Positions 9,203-17,600 of a stretch of 54,179 bases of DNA are shown here, in pieces (the first letter of the stretch is position 1; every line of letters starts with the position of its first letter). A program made the translations under genes and the position numbers. The stretch lies in assembly GCA_018066165.1 (NCBI GenBank), contig JAGHRX010000099.1, forward strand, positions 1 to 54,179, read 5' to 3'. The notes below the pieces were generated by a model. That model made no database searches. It was not told the DNA's origin and saw only the letters and a program-made list of their open reading frames with translations. Source of the DNA: Candidatus Scybalocola fimicaballi. Lineage in GTDB: Bacteria > Bacteroidota > Bacteroidia > Bacteroidales > Paludibacteraceae.

Positions 9203-9946
9203 ATGAGAAAGCAGTTAATGACAGCAGTGTCTGTAATGGCACTACTTGCAGCGACATCTTGCCAGAAGCAGGCAACTTCGATGTCAGCGAAAGATTTGAA
9301 GACAGATGTTGATTCTGTATCTTACGCTCTTGGTATTAACGTAGGAGATGGATTCAAGCACGATTTGGAGAGATTCCCGGGTGACACAATCAATAAGGAC
9401 GCTCTAATTGCAGGTTTCACTGAGGCTTTGAAGGCAGTGGATGAGGATAAGCTTCCAATGTCTATCGAGGATGCAAGAAACGTAATGCAGGAGTACGTCA
9501 CTAAGGTCCGTGACGCTCAGATCACAAAGAACAGAGCAGAAGAGGAGGCTTTCTTGGAGGCTAACAAGACTAAGGAGGGCGTTCAGGTAACAACTTCTGG
9601 CTTGCACTTCAAGTCAATCGTTGAGGGTACAGGCAAGCAGGCTTCAGATACTTCATTCGTAAAGGTTAACTATACTGGTAAGTTGATCGACGGTACTGTA
9701 TTCGATAGCTCAATCGAACGTGGTGAGCCAGCTGTATTCAACGTGAGAGGCGTTATCCCTGGATTTGCAGAGGGTATCAAGATGATGAAGGAAGGTGGTA
9801 AGGCAGAGCTTGTTATTCCAGCTCGTTTGGCTTACGGTGATGGCGAGGCCGGATCTATTCCACCAGCTTCTTGTATCACATTCGAGGTTGAGCTTGTCCA
9901 GGTTGATCCTGAGATGCCAAAGCGTCCAGGCATGCCACGCAGATAA
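9203..9946 (+). CDS. FKBP-type peptidyl-prolyl isomerase, lipoprotein
   Basis: Lipobox LLAATSC and an FKBP core (YTGKLIDGTVFDSS, VIPGF, ITFEVELV). Confidence 0.85.
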   Translation: MRKQLMTAVSVMALLAATSCQKQATSMSAKDLKTDVDSVSYALGINVGDGFKHDLERFPGDTINKDALIAGFTEALKAVDEDKLPMSIEDARNVMQEYVTKVRDAQITKNRAEEEAFLEANKTKEGVQVTTSGLHFKSIVEGTGKQASDTSFVKVNYTGKLIDGTVFDSSIERGEPAVFNVRGVIPGFAEGIKMMKEGGKAELVIPARLAYGDGEAGSIPPASCITFEVELVQVDPEMPKRPGMPRR

Positions 9947-9973
9947 TTTGAATAAAAGTTCAAGCATTATATA

Positions 9974-10004
9974 GGAGACGTGAGAAATCGCGTCTCCTTT
10001 TTTT
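9974..10004 (+). terminator. Rho-independent terminator of the FKBP cluster
   Basis: GGAGACG / CGTCTCC stem followed by TTTTTTT. Confidence 0.75.
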
Positions 10005-10078
10005 ATTTATCTGATTCCTTTTTTGTGGATTGGTGATATTTTTAAATTGTTTTTGACATAGGGTATTTAAAAATAATT

Positions 10079-10086
10079 TACCTTTG
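10079..10086 (+). promoter_or_regulatory. -7 box TACCTTTG
   Basis: Perfect TAnnTTTG. It is only 9 nt from the ATG at 10095 and 30 nt from the ATG at 10116, which favours 10116. Confidence 0.4.
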
Positions 10087-10115
10087 CTATGTAAATGGTT
10101 AAATTAGGTAATGTA

Positions 10116-11213
10116 ATGACTAAATCGCAGATCTATTTCATAAAATTAATAGTGTTGATGTTTTTCTCTTTCTTTAGCGTTTCGTGTGGAAGAGACGGAG
10201 GAAATAACGCAGAAGCGAGAGAACCTGAGACAGTGTCGTCTAAGGCAATGACAGAATATCATGCTGAAGATATCATCAAGATGGTCAAGAAAGGAAAGCC
10301 TGTCCAGCTGATGAATTGTATGATATGGGATGATTTGGATTTCACTCAGTGTGGCGATCCAAGAATCACATCTGGTATTGCTGTTGAGGTAGACGTTGAG
10401 GTCCCTTTGTACTTCAACCACTGTTTGTTTATGGGAAATGTGGTTGGAAAGTCTAAGTATAAAGATAAATTCTCATGCAGCACGAATTTCCGTCGTTCGG
10501 TGACTTTCTCGGATTGTGATTTCCGTGGAGAGGTTGATTTCACAAAGGTTATCGTTGCTGACAATATCGATTTCAGTAAGTCTACTTTCGGAGAGAACGC
10601 TAAGTTTGATTTGCTTGAGCTTCGTGGAGGTATCAACAGATTCTATGAGATTACTGCTGAGAAGAATTTCTCATTCACGTCGAGCTACTCAAACGGAAAC
10701 ATTTCATTCATGGATGCCTCATTCAAAGGCGACGCGAATTTTCACAAGTTGATCTGCTCCGAGTTGATGATGAACAACACTACATTCGAGGGAGACGCTA
10801 TCTTCTCAAACATGACTGTCCGAGGTTCAGCTTTGTTCAACTATGCTAAATTCAACCACGATTGTGATTTGTCTTACTCTAAATTCTTGGCTCCTGTTAT
10901 CATGACTCATGCTGAGATTTTCGGTAAAATCACATTTAACTATTGTGTGTTCAACTCACCAAGCCGTTTCTCAAACTCTACAGCAAATATAATGGATATG
11001 AACGAGTCTTTGTTCTTCTTCTATCCAGATTTGTCTAACGTGAAGATTGATAAGGTCGCTAATGACGAATGTACTTATTCTGCTCTTAAGAGAGAGAAGC
11101 ATATTTTCTCTTTAGGAAAGATGAGAGATAACCAAGCAGCTAAAGAACAAAATAATCCGAGTAACATCCAGATAAGAGATAAATCTACGAATAAGGATGT
11201 TGCGAAGGAATAA
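10116..11213 (+). CDS. Pentapeptide-repeat lipoprotein
   Basis: Lipobox FFSVSC. The central region has a 5-residue periodicity (FSDCDFRGEVDFTKVIVADNIDFSKSTFGENAKFDLLELRG...). Confidence 0.6.
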   Translation: MTKSQIYFIKLIVLMFFSFFSVSCGRDGGNNAEAREPETVSSKAMTEYHAEDIIKMVKKGKPVQLMNCMIWDDLDFTQCGDPRITSGIAVEVDVEVPLYFNHCLFMGNVVGKSKYKDKFSCSTNFRRSVTFSDCDFRGEVDFTKVIVADNIDFSKSTFGENAKFDLLELRGGINRFYEITAEKNFSFTSSYSNGNISFMDASFKGDANFHKLICSELMMNNTTFEGDAIFSNMTVRGSALFNYAKFNHDCDLSYSKFLAPVIMTHAEIFGKITFNYCVFNSPSRFSNSTANIMDMNESLFFFYPDLSNVKIDKVANDECTYSALKREKHIFSLGKMRDNQAAKEQNNPSNIQIRDKSTNKDVAKE

Positions 11214-11229
11214 CCAAAAATAAGAAGAT

Positions 11230-12723
11230 ATGAATATAAAAAATCTACGCAGCCGAGTTGGCAAGTTGTTTGTTGGAGGAGCTATTGCAGCGATGCCTCT
11301 TTCTTTGACATCGTGTGACGAGAGTACTGTAAATGCTGTATTTGATATTTTGGAGGCTCTTCTTGATAGTATGGGTTATATTCCCCAGAACGAGGATATC
11401 GACGACGAGAATGTAGATGGTCTGGATAATGACGACTCAAATCTACCTCCTTCAAAAGATTGGACTGCATATTCGCCAGCTGTAGGAAACCAGGGCTCAT
11501 ACGGAACATGTGTGGCTTGGGCTACAGGTTACGGATTGAAGACTACTCTTGATAATATCGACGCTAAGCGTACAAATGCTAAGACCACTGCGTCTTACCA
11601 GACTTCGCCAATCGACCTTTGGCATGGTATGAGATCTCAGTATAGCGGCGCCACATCAAACCAGTGTGGTGGAGCAAGCTTTGATCCTGCGTTCAAGGTG
11701 TTGATCTCTAACGGAGCAACAACAATGGCGAACAAACCATTTACTGGTCAGAAGATGACTTGTGATGGCGCTACTCTTACTGGAAATGCAAGCAATAAGC
11801 TTGGAGTTTACCGTATGGTCGCTTATACAAGAGAATTGTCTGGTTCTGGCTCTTACGGTATGACACTAACCAACTTAAAGTCAAAGTTAAAAGTGGGTCC
11901 ACTTGTGGTAGGTGCTAAACTTGGAGAGAATTTTATGCGTTGGAATTCAAGCGCCACTATCACAGCTGATGATCCGGATTCATATAACGGAGGTCATGCT
12001 TACCACGCTATGTTGGTGGTAGGTTACGATGATTCAAGAAAGGCATTCCGTATTCAGAACTCATGGGGTGCGTCTGATTGGGGTGATAACGGATATATCT
12101 GGGTTGGTTACAACCATTTCATCAATAACTTTGCATTCGGCGTTTGGTCTGCATCCAACAATGCAAATGCCTACGCTGACAACACTGCCGCAACAAGAGG
12201 CATCACAGGTGTTGATTTGAAGCTTGAGGTTATCGCAGACGAGGCTCTAATAAATGGCTCACGTAAGTTGACTTTCGATATCGTTAATAATGGTTCAAGC
12301 AATGTCAACTTGTCTGACTGCGACGTTGTTTACACTCTATTCAAGAAGAAGCATTTCCACACAAAGTCTACTTTGGGTGAGGCTAAGGTAAACGCTGTTA
12401 TTCCTGCGGGTGCTAAGGCATCAGATATTTTAGGCAAGACTTTGACTATCGAGTATAAGTTGCCATCACAGTTCTGCGACGGTCTTTCTACAGATGCAGA
12501 CTGCTACATGTTCTTGGCTCTTGATCCAAAGAATGAGTCTGGCGATGATAACCTTGGCAACAACTTCGCTTTCATCACATCTGCAGATGCCAAGCCATTG
12601 AAGGTGTTCAACAACGAGATCACAAACGGGGTTAAGATCCTAACTTCTGATTTGAGAGACAAGATAGTGAATGATTACACAGGTGCTGAGTTGCTCGGTC
12701 GCTTGGCAAACGAATCTAAGTAA
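11230..12723 (+). CDS. C1 (papain) family cysteine peptidase lipoprotein with an extra C-terminal domain
   Basis: Lipobox LSLTSC. Catalytic NQGSYGTCVAWA (Gln/Cys), GGHAYHAMLVVGYD (His) and IQNSWG..WGDNGYIW (Asn-Ser-Trp). Confidence 0.8.
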   Translation: MNIKNLRSRVGKLFVGGAIAAMPLSLTSCDESTVNAVFDILEALLDSMGYIPQNEDIDDENVDGLDNDDSNLPPSKDWTAYSPAVGNQGSYGTCVAWATGYGLKTTLDNIDAKRTNAKTTASYQTSPIDLWHGMRSQYSGATSNQCGGASFDPAFKVLISNGATTMANKPFTGQKMTCDGATLTGNASNKLGVYRMVAYTRELSGSGSYGMTLTNLKSKLKVGPLVVGAKLGENFMRWNSSATITADDPDSYNGGHAYHAMLVVGYDDSRKAFRIQNSWGASDWGDNGYIWVGYNHFINNFAFGVWSASNNANAYADNTAATRGITGVDLKLEVIADEALINGSRKLTFDIVNNGSSNVNLSDCDVVYTLFKKKHFHTKSTLGEAKVNAVIPAGAKASDILGKTLTIEYKLPSQFCDGLSTDADCYMFLALDPKNESGDDNLGNNFAFITSADAKPLKVFNNEITNGVKILTSDLRDKIVNDYTGAELLGRLANESK

Positions 12724-12743
12724 TCAGTTTTGATTCATAAAGG

Positions 12744-12780
12744 CAAGGTCGGGATTTCATCTCGGCCTTGTTTGTTTTTG
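12744..12780 (+). terminator. Rho-independent terminator
   Basis: CAAGGTCGGG / CTCGGCCTTG stem (two G-U pairs) followed by TTTGTTTTTG. Confidence 0.65.
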
Positions 12781-12944
12781 GCTCTGTCCTAAAGATTATA
12801 AGCAAAGCTCATTTTGAACAACCACAAAGTTTTCTTATGTTTCTTTTTCCGCGTTAAGCGTTTTCAAGACATTTGAATGTCTGTTTTCCAGTGCCACAAC
12901 GAAGTTGTTATTTATCGGGCACGTTTTCTGTTCTATATAGGTTT

Positions 12945-12979
12945 TGCAAAGGGCGGAAGCCCTTGCTCCTCCTCCAACG
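12945..12979 (-). repeat. Fragment related to R1 (hairpin part only)
   Basis: The reverse complement reads CGTTGGAGGAGGAGCAAGGGCTTCCGCCCTTTGC. Compare CGTTGGAGGAGGGGTTAGGGCTACCGCCCTTAAC at 36774-36810. Confidence 0.5.
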
Positions 12980-13013
12980 TATAATAATTTATAGAGAATA
13001 AATTTTGAAATAG

Positions 13014-13979
13014 ATGTCAACGAAAGAGAAAATAAATCATTTCATCAACCAGTATATTCTGATGATCGCTATGGTGCTCGGCATCACTGCATACCTGATC
13101 TATCATAATCTGGATTTGTCGAGTACTACTCGTGGTGCTGTAAATTCTTTAGTGAATTTCCTTATTCCGACGATGGTGCTTGTGATGCTTTACGTGACAT
13201 TCTGCAAAGTGAATCTCCGTAAGTTGAAATTCACTCGTTGGCATCTGATGCTGTTTCTGTTTCAAATATCGGTGATGACGGTGATTACTGTCATCGCGTC
13301 GCTACTGCAGGATACAAAGTTCGTGGTGTTGGCTGAAGCCGCCTTCATCTGCGTCGCCAGCCCAACCGCAACAGGAAGCGTCGTCGTGCTGACACAACGC
13401 TGGGGAGGCAATAGCGAGACCACAACCACCTATACTTTGATTTCTAACCTTATTACAGCCTTTTTCGTGCCTGTGATGATTCCTTTTATGTCGACGAAGG
13501 ATTATTCCCTCTGCGACAGCTTTTTGATGATTTTAAGACGTGTCACGCCGCTCCTTGTCATTCCGATTTTGGCGGCTTTGGCAACGCAGATATTTTTCCC
13601 TAAGGTGATTGACACTGTAAAGAAGTGGCGAGATCTGCCTTTATACCTTTGGGCTGTGGCGATGTGCCTGGCGATCTCGTTGACTTTACGATATCTGATT
13701 TCGAGTGAGTTTGGAATACCGATTGAGATAGCGGTTGCGTTTGTCTCTATGGTGGTATGTGCCTTTTTGTTTTTCTTTGGCAAAAAGATAGGCAGAAAAT
13801 ATGGTGAACATATCGGTGCAGGGCAAGGTTTGGCCCAGCGTAACACGGTCTTCATCATCTGGCTTGGCTCCACATTCCTTCATCCGTCGTGTGCGATTGC
13901 TGGAGGTTTTTATAGCCTATGGCAGAATCTATTCAATACTTATCAAATGGCGAAATTTGAGAAAGAAGGGAAAATATGA
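13014..13979 (+). CDS. Polytopic membrane transporter, possibly SBF-like/BASS superfamily
   Basis: 321 aa with about 9-10 hydrophobic helices. The segment CVASPTATGSVVVLTQRWGGNSETT resembles the BASS signature region. The family call is tentative. Confidence 0.45.
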   Translation: MSTKEKINHFINQYILMIAMVLGITAYLIYHNLDLSSTTRGAVNSLVNFLIPTMVLVMLYVTFCKVNLRKLKFTRWHLMLFLFQISVMTVITVIASLLQDTKFVVLAEAAFICVASPTATGSVVVLTQRWGGNSETTTTYTLISNLITAFFVPVMIPFMSTKDYSLCDSFLMILRRVTPLLVIPILAALATQIFFPKVIDTVKKWRDLPLYLWAVAMCLAISLTLRYLISSEFGIPIEIAVAFVSMVVCAFLFFFGKKIGRKYGEHIGAGQGLAQRNTVFIIWLGSTFLHPSCAIAGGFYSLWQNLFNTYQMAKFEKEGKI

Positions 13980-14007
13980 CGTTAACGTTGACGTTAACGT
14001 TGACATT
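13978..14007. repeat. Hexamer-phased array GACGTT AACGTT GACGTT AACGTT GACATT
   Basis: Self-complementary. It fills essentially the whole space between two convergent stop codons and starts inside the TGA stop at 13977-13979. Confidence 0.9.
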
Positions 14008-14693
14008 TAGAATAATCTCTTTCTTAATGCGTAGTTCATCCAGATTATTGCCATTAGGAAAACAGAGCCATTTGTAAATCCTAATATACTCATCAATGTG
14101 ACGGAACCTATATGGTCTAATATTGTTTTGTCTATGTCTTCTTTTGTTGAAATAAAATAGAAGAGGAAAAAGAAAATCATCATAGTCGCTGTGAGTATAA
14201 ATGATTTTTTTGTCCAGTTGTCCATTTTACAAAGAATAGGATATTGCAGAATGATAAGAGTCGTGGATGTAATGTAACACAGAATATCTTTACTCTCAAA
14301 CGTAATACAAAGGATACTATTAACCACAACTCCATTTAATAACACATAGCAAAACCATTTTAGAGGAGTTGGTTTAGTAATTCTGTTTTCGTTAGGTATG
14401 TTTGTCGCTCCTAAAAGACAAGCAATAGAAAAGAATACGATGGTGAAAACTAGTGCTATAGGATAAGTGAAAAATGAAACGAATACTATCCCCTTTGGTA
14501 TAAATTCAAAAAACTCGGCAAAATTTTCGATCTCAATTCTTGACAAAAATAGAGTGAAACAGACAATTGGAATTAGTGCACAAGTATAGGATATAGCAAG
14601 AAAGTATCGCTTTCCTCCTCTTTGGTGAATCGCCCATAAAAAAACTGCGATAGTGGCAAGGATAGCTAAAGTGATAAGAATTGCAAGATTCAT
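14007..14693 (-). CDS. Hypothetical polytopic membrane protein (AT-rich gene)
   Basis: 228 aa with about 6-7 hydrophobic helices and no recognisable motif. Its start overlaps the tamB stop (ATGA). Confidence 0.6.
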   Translation of the reverse strand: MNLAILITLAILATIAVFLWAIHQRGGKRYFLAISYTCALIPIVCFTLFLSRIEIENFAEFFEFIPKGIVFVSFFTYPIALVFTIVFFSIACLLGATNIPNENRITKPTPLKWFCYVLLNGVVVNSILCITFESKDILCYITSTTLIILQYPILCKMDNWTKKSFILTATMMIFFFLFYFISTKEDIDKTILDHIGSVTLMSILGFTNGSVFLMAIIWMNYALRKRLF

Positions 14694-17600
14694 TTGTCCT
14701 TCTTTTGGCTTTCGTTTTTGTTTTCGTTATCGTCAACGTTAACGTTATCGTTTTTCCTACGCTTCTTTCCAAACATTTTCTTGAATGGAGAGATGTATGT
14801 GCTAATCAACTCCTCAGCATCGTCGTAATCGTGACGATACAATAATCCTAATCCTTGGGTTTGCGAGCCTATATTACGAAGGTAACTATTGGATGAACGG
14901 TTGAATGCCTTTCCTCTGAATCTTCCGTTTGAAGAAATCTTATATTCCACATCGAAATCGACAATCGCACTACTGCTTATTTCGTTTTGCAATGCCGACA
15001 AACCTTCACGTCGGCCGAAATTTCCGTTTAGGAGCAATCGGTCGTTGAATAATCCAGTGGATAAAGCGACCTCAAATTCTGTGTTTTGGGTAAACTGGTC
15101 CGGACGCACGTTGACGCCGACATTGACATCATTGTTGATCTTTGAAAGCAAACCACTGATTTCCGAAGACAATGCGGCGAATCCCATTGCCGACATGTTG
15201 TTGTTGGTTGTTCCGATATCAGATGTGTTGAATGTTCCGAATGCAAGAAGACTGGCGACGTTTCTGTTCATCGCTTCATCGGTGTTGATCACACTTTTCA
15301 CCTTACGCATCATATCGTCGTCGATGTTTGGCATGTCAAGGTCAAACTTTACTGTTGGCTTTGAGATCGTACCGGAGATATCCATCAGACAGTTGACCTG
15401 TGTGGTGGTGACATTATTTTCAGCTAAGATATCTCCGACGTAAGCACTCAACGTGTATTTGGCGTCAATATCGACGATTGCGGCTGTAGGGTCTCCATTC
15501 CAGCGGACTGTACTTCCGTCGAGCAATTCAAACTTTCTTGCGATGATACTCTGGATAGTAAACAGATAGTCTCCCTTTGTGATCTGGTATTGTCCATACA
15601 TTTTGAAAAGGTCGTCTCTTCCATCATAGTTGAATGTCAGGTTTCCATTTCCTCTCGCGCGTATGGCGTCTCCAAGTTTCTGATCCAAAATCAACGATAC
15701 CTGGGCATCTGGTGTCGCCTCCAACGCGGCATTGACATTCACGATAATTGGAGTCTCAGCCTCCTCCTCACGTATCTTTTGAATCTTTTGCCTTCTTGCT
15801 CTACGTAGCTCCTGCGTCGTCATCTTTGAATTCTTCTTGAATGTGATGAATCCTGCGTCGTCCACGCCTTTCGCACCGTCGAGAGGCACTATCAGTTTGC
15901 TGTCTTTCTTAGTCTTTGCCTTGATGTCGATATTCAACTCGTCTCCGCTTCCCGACACTCCGACCTTTCCACCGATGTATGCCTTTCCATAGAACAAGTC
16001 GTTGTCGGTCTCATTGGTGTTGAGAGCAAGCAGATGGTCGGAATCAAGGTTGACGGCATATTTCCAGTGTAGGAATCCTTCGCAGAGAATAAGGGCAGAA
16101 AGCAGACCGTTGTTGCCTTCCTGATCTTTGATGTTTATTCCGTCCAATCTGAATGAGTTATGTCTCATCCACACTGTATCTGAGAATGTGTATTTGACGT
16201 TTGTGTAGTCGATGTTGAAATCGAAGTCACGCACAAGTCCTATTCCTTCAAGTCCGATGTCGTCGAACTTGCCGTATGCCAAGACGTCGGTGTTGAGCAC
16301 TCCTGTATTGTTGCTCAACACTCCGTCGAGCCAGATACGTAGGAATTTCATATCAATATCGCGAAGTTTGCCGTCGATAAACAATGAGTCGTTGTCGAAA
16401 TATACAGCTCCGTCGATCTCGCTCTTTTCATGAGTCTCCCATGCAGTCACCACATCTGTTCCGAAGATGAGTGTGTTGTTCTTCTTGTCGTAGCCAAATT
16501 CAGCCTGCATATCTCCAAATGGATAGTTGTTGAGGTAGGCGTCGAACAAACCAAGTTTTCCCTCTATCGTTGGATTGCTGAACAGTTTTGTCAAATAGAA
16601 ATCACCGTCTCCGATTCCTCCGAAGGTGATATACTTGTTGTCGAGAATCTTGCTGAACTGAGTGACGTCGAGATCGGTGAACCAGATTCTCAAACTGTCG
16701 TCTTTCAAATCCGTCGTCTTTCCTTGTGCATGGAATTTCTGGTAGCTGTTCTCGATTTCGAATTTCTTGACGTCGAGTAGTTTCGGACGCAACTCGATCT
16801 CTCCGGCTCCGATGCTCCACACCGAATCCTTTATCACCACTTTCGACGGAATGATTGAGATGTCTGCCGACAATCCATCTTTGGTGTAGCCTTTCAACGC
16901 CGTCTTCAACGATAGATTTCCACTATAAGTGACATCCTCCGAATTGCTGAACGACAGACGCAAATCGAGATTGTCGTTCTTAGCGTTGGAATTAAGACTG
17001 ATATAGTATGGATATCTACGCTTGTCGGGATCGGAGTAGGTTGAGCGGCAGACAACCTTGAGATCTTCATGTGGGTTTTCCACCAAAAGCAAGGCATCCT
17101 CCACAATGTTGTCGTTGTAGATGAATAGTGGAGCCTCGAATCTCAACTGGAATTTCTTGGTGCTGTCGTTGATGAATCCTTTCAGTGTGCTTTTCTGCTG
17201 AATCACGACAGGAAGCTCAACGATATCGTTGATTGGCTCTGTGTTCTCAATCGCAAAGCTGAAGGTAAAATCGTTGGCACTCTCCGACGTCGATGGCTCC
17301 ACATACTTAGGATCCATTTCTTTCAACGTCGGCAGATATGAGTATGCGATCTGCTTCATGTTGTCGACCAGCGTCGCAAAAGAGTATTTTCCCTCTACAT
17401 TTCCATTGATGTAGTCGGAGATGATGTTGATTCTTTTCTTCCCGTTTTTCGATGGTACGGTGTTGAGTGTGAAAAGGTTGAGATACAAGTATCTGTCGCC
17501 ACGTGTGCATAGGAAATTGTCGAGAGTGACCGAGCCAGACAAGTCGTCGATGGTTTTTCCTGTGCAGTTTGTTGTGATGTCAAATGAAACGGTGACAGGA

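Noticed and set aside
9012-9275. ORF of 87 aa on the minus strand with FRFRLRFRLRFRL repeats.
   Set aside because: It is simply the translation of the hexamer array at 9109-9180. It also overlaps the ends of two well-supported FKBP genes.
12835-13020. ORF of 61 aa on the minus strand upstream of the transporter gene.
   Set aside because: It spans the R1-like fragment and the shared 37-nt block, and it has no coding features.
14533-14772. ORF of 79 aa (TLTLTITKTKTK...), and the similar ORF 49499-49849 (TKTITKTKTITKT...).
   Set aside because: Both are read-through translations of the hexamer arrays, and both overlap real genes (tamB, the membrane protein, the helicase).
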